From Raillietiella orientalis (lineage: Eukaryota), in contig JAYWIR010000008.1 in NCBI GenBank assembly GCA_036172245.1, positions 1,178,001 to 1,242,000 of the forward strand: 64,000 nucleotides of DNA. Direction: 5' to 3'. The notes under the pieces were generated by a model. That model did no database searches, was not told where the DNA came from, and worked only from the letters and a program-made list of their open reading frames with translations. Positions within the stretch are counted from its first letter, which is position 1; each line of letters begins with the position of its first letter. The position numbers and the translations under genes were made by a program. Below, in pieces: positions 51,314 through 62,096 of this stretch.

Positions 51314-54300
51314 CTGGAACGGTCGCTCTCTTCATCCCAGTGCCACTCTCCCCCCCCCCCCGTCTCCCAATGCACGCGCGTCCAGCCGTCCAGAAACTCT
51401 CGGGTTCCTCTGAGCAGCGCTCCCTTCCATGGTCCTCCCGTTTTTTCTCTCGCTCCTCGGGCGGGGTGTCGCTCTCCCCGCCGACTTCAGCGCCCTCCGT
51501 GAAAGAGCCTCGTTCCGTAGGCGCCACTACCACCCAGGGGATTCCACCCACCTCCCTCCTCTCTGGTAAGCTCCTCCCCAGGACCGACTCCTCCGGACGG
51601 GGGCAACTTTGCCCGCTGCCCACCTCCGCAGCGCCGTCCGTCCGGTCCCTGGAGAGAGGTCGGGGAGCCCCCGAGGCTCCCTGAATGACGACGACGATGG
51701 CAGCGGTGGCACCCTCACGGCGACCCATCGTGGGGGTCCCGTCCACCGGTGCATCGCCGCCTCCGTTCCCACTCCTGGAGCCACCGAATCTAGGGGGAGA
51801 ACGGAGGACTCGCATCCCGGCGCCGCCCCAGATTGCAGGCGGCGCCCGCGAAGGAAGGCTGCTGGGTGAGGAAGAGTGGATGGGGGAGGGCGGCGCCTGC
51901 GGCGCGAGTTGCCGTCGGCAATGAGAGGAAGTCCAGCTCGCGCCAGGAGCACGGGAGGACGCGAAGAGGTTGGTCGCTCAGGGCGGCAGGACAGCAACTC
52001 CAGCTCAAAGGAGTCCGCAGGTGGGGACCTGCGCGACTCTATGCAGAGGGGGAAGAAGAAGAGCGCTCGACCAGAAGATGCTGGGGCTTCCTTCCGGGGT
52101 CCTTCTTCATCTCCCTTCGTCCTGCCTTTCTTCCCGGGATGGCGCTCTGGTAGGAGGTGGTCCGTTAACAAGGGGGGAAAGGGTGAGTGGGGAAAAGTGG
52201 GGTGGAGGAGGTCCTTCTTTCCTCAGAGGCGGCACAGATGCTCTGCCTTGCGCAGAGGAGCGAGCGCAGTGAACCGCCCCACGGCTATTCGGGACGGTCC
52301 AGCAAGCAAATGGAGGCTCAGCCTCCGTGGAAACTGCCTGCACCCGCGCCGTCCTCAGTTCGAGCTCGGACGCTGCCGCGGTTTCCCCGGCGGCCACCAC
52401 TCATTAAATTCATTACATCACATCGCGTCCGATGCGATGCACCGAATCGAAAGGTCTGGAAGGCGCTGCTTCCCTCCGCCTCCCGAGCCCCAGCGTGCTC
52501 GCCTGATCCACTGAATCTCCGCGACCGCATTCAGGTGACTCCGAGAACCGCCCTTGAGCGGGAACGGGCAGCTCGACCTGTCAAAGCTGACCGTCCCAGT
52601 TCACGCCTCCGGAGGATCCCGGTGACCTCTGGGGAATCGTGGCCGGCGAGAGACATTGCGCCGTTTCTTCGCCTTTCGTAAGCGTGGGCGAGCTGCGAGC
52701 GAACGCGGATGACGCTTTGCGTGCGCGTCTCACCCCCCCCCCCCCCACCTTACCCCTTGCCTGCCCGTGGGACGAGCTCGCACTCCGTTCCCGCTCCCCT
52801 TTGGCATACTTCTTCCGGCGCGCTTCAATTGCTCGCTTCGTTGGCAGGTCGGTCGCCGCCGCTCCCGGGAGCCCAAAGAGCTGACCGCGCGTCAACTTCC
52901 CCCTCCTCCCAGTTTTTTGCATTCCTCTAGGGGCGAAGGAGGGTAATTTGAGGTGGTCCCAGCTGGATCGGCGTCCAGAGGTGAAGTTGCCGTCACGGCG
53001 CTCGAACGCCCGTCGAGGAAGGGCGGGGCGGCGAAGAGGACGTCCGGGTCCCCTCATGCGTTTTAAGACAGGTCGTAAGACTGCAGCTGCTCTCGGAACC
53101 TTAAAAAAGTCCCTTTCGTGGAACAGGAAGCGTTCCAGCCCCTCCCTGCCGAGGGGGTATCCTATCTGAATCCTCGTCACCCGAAGAGTGTCGACTGCTT
53201 CACGCCAACACGCCTTTCTTGCGCGGGGAGCATCTCATGTGGGCTCAACGCCTCCATGAGATGCTCATTGTCCTTTGTCCTTCGCAACGCCAACGATCTG
53301 CAGTGGGCGCTCGGGCGTCCGACTGCGCAGGCAGCGAGGAACTTTTTGCAAGGCGCGTTCGCTTCGGAGCCGCAGCGAGCGCTGGAAGGTGGGACCCGAC
53401 TCCGTGGGGAACAGGGCGGCGCGCTTTCATCTGTCCCACTCTCAGCCTCGCTTCAGTCCGCGGACGTGCGTGAGGACCGCAAAGACTGTGGAATGAAGGG
53501 GTGGTAGTGGGGAGAGACGCGCAGTTCCTGTACAAGCTGTGTCGCAGAGACGCGAGCCACTCGAAGCCACTGCAAGGCTCGCAGAGCATCAGGAGGCCAA
53601 CGGAAAAGCAGTGGGATGAGCCACGGAAAGAGGAATTTTCTGGATTATTCCCACGCGACGCAGCCAGAGGGGAAGGATGTCATGCAGGATGGTTCGTCGA
53701 ACAGCTCCGCGCCTGTGAAACGCGGCCATGAAGCGCGGATCTCTGCTACGGAATCTGCAACCGCTTTTTCCTTGAACGTGCGCGAGATGTCAGTGCATGA
53801 CGTCACGATGTCTCCTTTCCCGTTTCAGGTCCGCACGGTGTCCGGCAACGCACCGCCGAGCAGCAGGCGTAGACCGCGGCTCGTAGACCGCTCCAAGGTC
53901 ATGGTCTCGGGTGTACCCCACCCCCACCGCCACATTCCTGCTCTCGACTGCATTACTAGCAGGTTCACGCGGTGTGCGAGTGAATGACGTATGTGACGAC
54001 GTAACCAAAGAGAATCGCCTCATCCATAAAAATTCTTTCTTCTTCGTTCTTCGAACATTCCACAGATGTTCTTCGGAAGGACCTTGCTCTTGGAAATCCA
54101 CTGCGCACAGGAATGCAGGCGTTCGCGTTCCTGGCAGTGGCACCAAGGCGGATGCGTCCCGCAAACGTCGCAGTTCTCCCGAAAGGGGGGGAAAGGGGGA
54201 GATTCCCCCCCCCCCCCCCACACACACACACAGCCCGCTAGACCCGTCGCGGTTGTTTTCCGTTTCCGTGAGTCTCCTTTCGGCTCCTGCTTCGTGGCAG

Positions 54301-55170
54301 AGAGCTTTCACTGCTTTTGGCACCGCGAACCTGCTTAAAAATAAAAACCTGGCGAGCTCCCAAACCAAAAGCGCGCCGAGGTGCACGCGTTTTGGAAGGT
54401 GCACGGTGCACGCGTTGGAAGAGTCCATGGGACTTCCTGAGCGCGATCGCTTCCGCCGCGTCGTAATCGACCGGAGGCGGACGCACGCACGCGCGCGCGT
54501 GCAGCATTCTTCAGCGTGAACGCGCGCGGAGAGCCGAGGTGGGCATGCGGGTGCGCTGCGACCAGGCGCCGAGCAGAGGGCGGCGCGCCGATGTCGGAGA
54601 GGGTTGGATGGAAGCAGGGATTTGCTAAGTTCTTTCTTACAGAGCGTGGAGCAGAGACGCCAACGGCGGAAGGAAAGGGTGGGGCGCCCCAAGGCATCGA
54701 TACGGGAAGCACCGCGCACATAGACTCCCCCACCCCCTTCACCCCTGGAACCAAGCATAGAATTCTTATTGGGAGATGCCCGCTCGAAGCCTCCTCGACC
54801 CACTCTCGATGCTTTTCGAGAGTGGGTCCTGGGGTTCGTCTCTTCTTTCCCTGGTGCTGCTCTTAGGGTCTTCGGCTCACCCTTCCTCCTTTCCTTCTTC
54901 CCTTTCGCTTTCCAGAGAGGAACGGCACATTTCTCGCCCGCGTGCTGTTCCGACAAGCTCGTGCTGAGTTGACCTGCGACGCGTTCCAAGGACTGCGAGA
55001 CGCAGTGGTCCCTCGCAGGACGATCGTGCAGAAAGGTCTCTTGCGAAAAATCTTTCCATCCGCCCGCTTATCGAGGCGTCCATCAAGGAATTCCCAAGGC
55101 ACTTTCCCCCCCTCCCAACCTCCGTTTTTTTTCATCCTTCCGTTTAGGCGTGCGAATCCCCCCCCCCCCC

Positions 55171-55177
55171 AAAAAAA

Positions 55178-55207
<30 letters not shown>
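55171..55207. repeat. Poly(A) run followed by (CA)n
   Basis: About 24 A followed by CA repeats, preceded by a C run. Confidence 0.85.
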
Positions 55208-55210
<3 letters not shown>

Positions 55211-55823
55211 GAGCATGCAGGCGCGAGAGTTGCAACCGTCAGCACCACGTAGCGGCTCGACAAAGCGCTCTCGACAGGAGAAAAAAAAAGATGGAAGAGC
55301 CGAAACACAGCTTACCTAATGGACCAGGGGTGGTCCACCTTACGAAGCGTGCATCCCTTGCTGAGAAGAAAAGGCAGCAGCTGCATCTGCAAAATCATGA
55401 TGTCAGTGATTGTTCCGGGTCATCGGAAAACTTGCTCCCTCCCTCCCCCCTCGTCCTCGTGGCCACCCGAATGCCCCGCCCGACACGGTTGGGGAATCGG
55501 AAGGCGTCCGAGAGACAGACCTCCCAGCGAGAGCTGCCGTGGGGCAGCGAGTCGATCACCCGCGTGATTCGACGGGAGAGAAAGCCGCGGACGCATCCCA
55601 TCATCTTCGAGGACCGCACGGAGGTACCGGCGGGCAGGGAACAGGACAGAGGAACTGATCATCACGATCCGAGCAGATCCACGAGTTTGTTTGTTTTCTC
55701 TCTCTCTCTCGGCGGACGCGGGGGAGCCGAGCGGCCAGCACCGAGCCTCGGACCACACTTGCGGAGCCAAGGAGACGCAGCGAGGCTCCTGACCAATCTG
55801 CGCGCGCCATCAACAATGCCGCG

Positions 55824-55895
55824 TTTTCTTTTTTTCCTTTTTCCTTTTTTTTTTTTTTTTTTCTTTTTTTACCTTTTTTTTTTTTTTTTTTTTTT
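55824..55895. repeat. Poly(T)-rich low-complexity tract
   Basis: About 70 nt of almost pure T. Confidence 0.85.
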
Positions 55896-58886
55896 CGAGC
55901 AAGCATATGCGTCTCCTTCCGCATACCTGATCTGGTCTTTGGGTTTGCTTCTTTCTTTCTTTTTTTCCTCCCTCCTTCCATTGCTCCCTTCCACTCCACC
56001 CCACCCATCCTTCCTGCCTTTCCTTTTTTGTCTCCTCCTTCCGGAACACGGAGGTTCCGTCCTCGGAGGATGGACGCGGCTGTCCACGCCTCTCTCGGCT
56101 CGCGCGTTTCCCACGCGAGGTTTTGCGCTGCGAAGGCTGCGAAGGACGGATTCGAGTTGCCGGAGACGGCCCCCCCTTCCTCCTTCTCCTTTCTCTCCGC
56201 CTCGCTGCGCAGACTGCCCCGCCGTTGTGCTTTCGAGGCGTGCCGTCCGCATCGCCTCTGCCACCACCGCTGCGTCGTCATACGGTCTTCCCGAGAAACC
56301 CTCCCGCTCGAGCGAGAGAGATCAACGGCCGGCAGCACGGGCATGGCGAAGCGGGCGCTCTCTTGAGAACGCAGCGCTGGACCAGGGACTTCCTCAAACG
56401 ACCTCCGGCAGAGGAGGGCGGGGAGGAAACGGAACTCAACTCTCTCCTCCTCCTCCCTTCCTCCTTCTCTCGGCGCGCCGAGAACTCTTCGGACACATGG
56501 GAAACCGCTCGCTCGTTCCAGGGATCGCTCGCGACTGCCAAGGAAGCGGTTTCCAGGGAGATGGTATCGAAAACCACGCTAGGCAGGCGGGACAGCGCTT
56601 TCCCGAAGTCCAGATCCTCCTGGGAACTTCCGGTGTGCTGAGGAAGGGCTTTGCGTCACTTCCGGGGTGCCTCTGAAACGAATGGAACCCGGTTGACCTC
56701 GCAAGCAAATCCGGGTCACCCTCAGGGTTTGTCGTCCCTGAGTATGACTCCCTAAAGCCGTGTGTCGACCCGCGACCCTCCCCTTGCTGCCACATGCCCA
56801 CGAGGGGGTCCAGAAGCCAAGCGCGTGCTCCAGCGGGCAGTGAACGTGCAAGGATCAGTGAACGGCACCTGCAAGGATCGTCCCCTCCTGTAAGGAGCTG
56901 CCGCCTGGTGGCGCATCAGCGTAACTTGCGCTGCCTATGGCAGTCACGGCGGGAATGCTGCAGGGGTTCCTTCTTCAGCACGTCACCTTTTGCACGGGTA
57001 GGGAACGAGGGACACCCATCCTTTCGAAAAAAGAATCTCTCGGGTGGTCTCTCTCGGCTTCATCCCAGGGTCGGATCAACTTCCTCACCCCCTCCAGTCC
57101 CTCGTGGAACCCCTCCTGACGGACCGCAAGACCACACGGTGGTTCGCCCCGGAGTCTAGGTGGAGAGGACGGTCGTCGCATCCTCGGGCGCGAGTGTCAG
57201 CGCCTTCCGAAGGTGGAGTCCTCGTTCCCCGCGGGCGGTTCGGGGGAGGGAAGATCCTGAACCCCTACTTCGGCGCGCAGACGCCGTTCCTCCCTTCCTC
57301 CCCAGCGATGTCGCAGCGATGCGTCCTACGCCCGGGAGCACGGCGGTGCGCTCCTCCCTGGAGGGCCGGCAGTCCACAAGGCGCCCCTAGGGGACAGCGA
57401 AAATGGCCGTGCGGTTGCAGAGCCAGTGGGAGGTTCCACCTGTCGGGGTCACCCCCTCCCCTCCGCAGATGCCCGCTCTCCGTCGGGAGCAGAAGGTGCG
57501 GCAGACACTGCGTCGTACGCGCGCGGGTCATCCGGGAGTCGTCAAGGCCCTCGAGGAGGCGGGCGCTGAGTCTCGATCCCCATCACGGGATTGGACGTGG
57601 GAGAGGAGAGTCCAGAGAGTCTCCAGATGCTTTCGCGGATTAAGTTTTGCTTCCCACGCGGAATCGGCAGGAACGGGAGCGGCCCGTGGCTTCCGGGCTC
57701 GCCTGCGTTCCTGCTGCAGTGGGCTCTGTAGAAGCAGGGTGGCGAGGGGGGTGGGGAGAGAGACGCGCGCACCAACAAGTAGGAGGAAAGCGTTGCGGGA
57801 GAGGTCCGTTGGCGCCCTCCCCGGTAGGCTCCCTCCTCCTCCTCCTCCTGAGCGAAGAGCAGGAGGTCGAGGAGGTGGATGAAGCAGACGCGCGCGCGTC
57901 CTCTACCCCCTCGCCGCCCCGTTTTGCCGGGGTGCGCGACAGGAAGCCACGGTGCCCGGCGACTTCTCGTTCGGCACCGGGAATGGACGAGCCGCCCCCT
58001 CAGGGAGGACTCTGCGCCCCTCCCCGCGGATGGCGCGGATCCGAAGAACCAGAGACGCCACCCTCCCGGGTGGGAATGCACGAAAGATGCTGCGCGGGAA
58101 CGCGTGCTTTTCGCCAGCGGCGCTGCCTGACGATGGACGGCTGCCGACGAGCGGACCCGCAGTGGCGAGACCCAGCGTGAGCGAGCGACCGGCCACTCCA
58201 TAGCTGGAGGCTGGAGCGGATCGATACGGTCGCCCGTCCCAAGGAAGAAGGGTGCTGGCAGCCGCTGCCCAGGGACCAAACCATGGGGTAAAGGGGGAGG
58301 AACGGCAGACAGAAAGTTCCGAGGGGTCCCTCGTCCAGCTAGGAACGCATCTCCATCAAGTCTAGAGAGAAAGAGCCCCCACTTCGCCTCCCTTTCCCGG
58401 AGAACTGGCGTGGCGACGCTGGGCGGCGCCGGCATAACCTGAGCTCGGAGCGTAACCCGTCCGAACCGCTTCTCGCCGCAGGTCGAGCAGCTGAACGGAA
58501 CACGCACCAGCGGAGCAGCTGGAAAGGGCTCCCCGCTGGGGCCAGCGGGGATGCCAAGCCGTCGATCCTTTCAAAGCGGTACGCCCTTGTTCGTGGAGTC
58601 AAGTTGCAGCGGCGGAAGCCTCGTCTCCAGGCGACGCGTCCCAGTTTTTCCACAAAGTCATTGGCGGCAGTGTTCTCGTGACGTGAGCTCGTCGTCGTCA
58701 TTTCGTAGTAGTGTGGATACAGCAGTGGCGCGGCCCCTTTGAGAACGGAAGAAAGCTTGCGCCATTTTTGTTTTTTATTGTTGCCTTCCCATCGATTTCT
58801 CTGAATATTCATACGGCGCATCTCCCCCTCGCTACCTTCCCACGGTGATGTTTCACTCCCGAGAAGGCTGAGGGCGGCTGGCAGCC

Positions 58887-59996
58887 ATGGTCCGAGCCAT
58901 GGAAGACGCTCTCCCCGTCCGAAGGATCGCCCCCCCCAAACTGGGCCCCACCCACCTAAGGGAGAGGATAATCTGCTACCGTCCGATGAGGCACGGCGCC
59001 CCGGAGATGGGCGTCCGGGAAAAGGACGGCAAGGTGATCGCCAGCAACTACGGCCACGGCGGCAGCGGGTGGACCCTGGCGCCCAGCTGCGCCGACCACG
59101 TCATCGACCTGCTTGCGAATTCGAGCCATGGGGCCGAGTTCACGGGGAGCGCGCCGGTGACCGTGATAGGCGCAGGTGTTCTGGGACTGTTCACTGCCTA
59201 CTCCTTGCACCAGAAGGGTTTCCGCAACGTCACCATCGTTGCGGAGCAGTTCGACGGGATTGCATCCAGCTACGCGGGCAGCCTGCTGGCGCCGATGTCC
59301 ATGGACAACGACCAGGAAACGGAGGAAGTTCTCTTGGAGATAGAAATCGACGCTTACAAGTTCTACGAGTCCATCGCCAAGAAACAGCATCCTCACTTCA
59401 AGAGCGGGGTCGCCATCATTCCGGCCTACTTCGGCACCCGGGAGGATTCCGGCCTGGAACCCTACGTTGGTAGGGTCATGGGGCCGGCAAAAGAGGTGAC
59501 TATCGATTTTGGGAACGGCACAACGAGAAGAATGGTCGTGTACGACGACAGCATCTTCATCGACGCGAGCTCCATCATGGAGCAGCTTGCCGACCACCTG
59601 AAGGGGAGGGGGATAACGTTCCTCCAGAAGAGAGTCTCCTCGTTCGCCGAGCTCGAGGGCAAAGTAGTCTTCAATTGCGCCGGTCTCGGGGCGAGGGAGC
59701 TCAGCGGGGACGAGCGACTGGTGTCCGTCCAAGGTCACCTGATCATGTTGAAGGACCAGGACCGGGAGGAGCTGCAGTACATGCTACTGCACCGGTGCGA
59801 AGGGGGTGAAACCGCTTCAGGGCAAGGAGTGAAGCGTTGCGTCTACTTCTTCCCGAAGCGCATGCCGGACACCGGCATCGACGACGTCGGGGTAATTGGC
59901 GGCACCTTCATCGAAGGCGCGACCCCCGCCACACCCAACGAAGAGGAGTTCGCTGTTCTGCTCCAGAACGCCAGAGACTTCTTCGGGATTAAATGA
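58887..59996 (+). CDS. Intronless FAD-dependent D-amino-acid-oxidase-like protein, circularly permuted, 369 aa
   Basis: Single open ORF with Kozak context gcagccATGG. Motif order: CYRPMR, NYGHGGSGWTL, VTVIGAGVLGL (Rossmann), SSYAGSL, VFNCAGLGAREL, VQGHL, YFFP, IGGTF. Confidence 0.88.
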   Translation: MVRAMEDALPVRRIAPPKLGPTHLRERIICYRPMRHGAPEMGVREKDGKVIASNYGHGGSGWTLAPSCADHVIDLLANSSHGAEFTGSAPVTVIGAGVLGLFTAYSLHQKGFRNVTIVAEQFDGIASSYAGSLLAPMSMDNDQETEEVLLEIEIDAYKFYESIAKKQHPHFKSGVAIIPAYFGTREDSGLEPYVGRVMGPAKEVTIDFGNGTTRRMVVYDDSIFIDASSIMEQLADHLKGRGITFLQKRVSSFAELEGKVVFNCAGLGARELSGDERLVSVQGHLIMLKDQDREELQYMLLHRCEGGETASGQGVKRCVYFFPKRMPDTGIDDVGVIGGTFIEGATPATPNEEEFAVLLQNARDFFGIK

Positions 59997-62096
59997 TTTT
60001 CCCCTGCGATCCCGAGTCCCGGGACATTCCGTGGGTCACTACGTTTCAGCTGAGGGCTTTCCGGCAGTCGAAGACACGATGGCACCACGCTTCCTCCGGG
60101 ATCAACCAGAAGCGGAGGCGGAAGGGAGATGCTCTGCTCGCCTTCCAAGCTGGAGGAATCCGTGCGGCGGGGAAGGGCCACCCAGCAGGTGCGCCACGTC
60201 CCACTCCCGGAAGTCGAGAGAGAGAAAATATCACAGCGCAGGGGGACTGGGAGCAGAAAGAACGCGGGAGGCCGAACCCGCGAAGCGATCCTGGATGCGT
60301 CTCGGAAATTCCTGGCGTTCGGTATCGGGAGGGGGAGGGGGAAGCGGGCCCTCCTCGCGGCCAGGCGTGCCTCCTCGCGGGAGTCCGGCACCGATCGATC
60401 GTTGGGAAAGCTCAGACAGTAGGTAAACCCATCGTCGCCTCCGGGGTGCCACGGCAAACAGCCGGCCGCCGCCATGTTTGCGGACGCGGGAGGAATCCAA
60501 TTACGTGCCGGCCGCCTATGTTCTTGCGCCCTTCATGGGGTCGCGGCCCGCCCAAGTTCCGCATGAGCTGTGGAGTCAAGGGACGCGACTCCCCGCGGGA
60601 GGGCGGTGCAGAAACAGCTTTGCAGAGAGGCTGCTGAGTTGGCACGGTGGAATCGAGCCCCCATCGCAGCCTCTCGGTGGCGCACAAAAAAGGACCCATC
60701 TTCTCCTCGCCAGTCCATCTTCCTCTCCCCCTCCCTGCCTTCGCGCCCGACCCTCCCCAAGCCCACGGTTGGGCGGAGGGAGGCACGGATGACCCCCGTC
60801 CGGAGCGGCGGCCTCCGCACCCGCCGTTCGCGCATGCAAGCGAGCTGACGTTATGTCGCTCCAATTTTGCACCGGCAGGCGCGCCTGAGATGCGCCCTGA
60901 CCTCCCTCCTCCCTCGCCAATGCACCACGGGGAGAGCCGGCTCCGGCGTAGCTGACGCCCATCCCTCGGTCCCTCCGCATGCAAACGCAGGAGCTCGTCG
61001 TGCGCGCGCCCAGATGACCTTCGCTGTCGAAGTTCCATCACTTGGAGCTACGCACCCGAACCCGGAAGCAGCAGGCAGCTCCCTCCGACACATCCGGCGC
61101 CTCCTCCGCTGAGAGGGATCGGAGCTGAGACCTACCCGCTGTCCTCCACTTCCCTTCCCCTACCCCTCCCACACTCTTGAGAGGGGGGAAGTGGCACGCC
61201 TCGCTTCCTCCACGACCAGAGGTCAAGATTACTGAGAACCGCCCTCCGGAACACCGCCTGTGGTTCTTATCCTGCAGCCACGACCCCCCTAGTTGATCTT
61301 CCTCTCTTTCCCGCCCCCCCTTCCCTCAGCGAAGTCGGTCTCTCACCTCCTCGGGCACCACCCTACCCTTTGACCTGTTTCTCGTTCAGGAGGTCCTCCC
61401 CCGGGAGCAGCAGCTGTATGCGGTGCATGGGTCCAGGGGCCGGAGGAGCGTGGCAGCGAGGTGGGGCTTTTGGGATGCCCCTTGGATAGACGCAGCCGTC
61501 GGCGTCCTCCTCCGATGCGCAGCGGAAGGAAGCAGGAGCCCTGACCGCTTCCTTGTCGATGACCTCGGTGGTGCGCCCGGGAGAGAACCTCCGAAATCTA
61601 CAGAGGCGACCCGGGATATCCGGGGATGCCAGCTTCAGGGGGGCGAACCGGCCGCTCCAGGGAAAGTCACTACGGTAGACTGCACGACTCATCCGCCGCC
61701 CGTTTCCGTGGCTACGCGGGCGGAGGGGCGCCACGAGCGACCCTCGATCGAGCGCCCACCGGCCCGTGAGTATCCGCGCCAGCAAGCAGCTCGGAGGGGA
61801 AGGCCCGCTTTGCGGGGAGTTACTGCGGCGTATCCGTTTCCCGCCGAGGGACGTGCACTCCGAGCGTCCTCCCGCCCCCACGCCGGCGTCGGATCGCCGT
61901 ATCCTGGGCGACTGACCCCCCTCCTCGCTTTCCACGGTTTCCCTCGGAAACGAATGCAGCTCGAAAAGACCCGGGCTGCCTCGGGCCTTTCCCGCCTACG
62001 GCGCTCCAGGACCCTGCAGCCTCTCTCTACATCTCCCTCTTCATCCCCCTTTTATTTGCGACGGGTGGGCCAGCGCGGAAGGCAGGTTGGCTTGGG

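Noticed and set aside
53100..54000. Exon-like segments with plausible splice sites on the plus strand
   Set aside because: Could not be joined into one phase-consistent ORF; no recognisable domain.
55150..56676. 508-aa ORF
   Set aside because: GTG start, runs through poly(A), poly(T) and CA repeats (poly-K, poly-F); low-complexity noncoding DNA.
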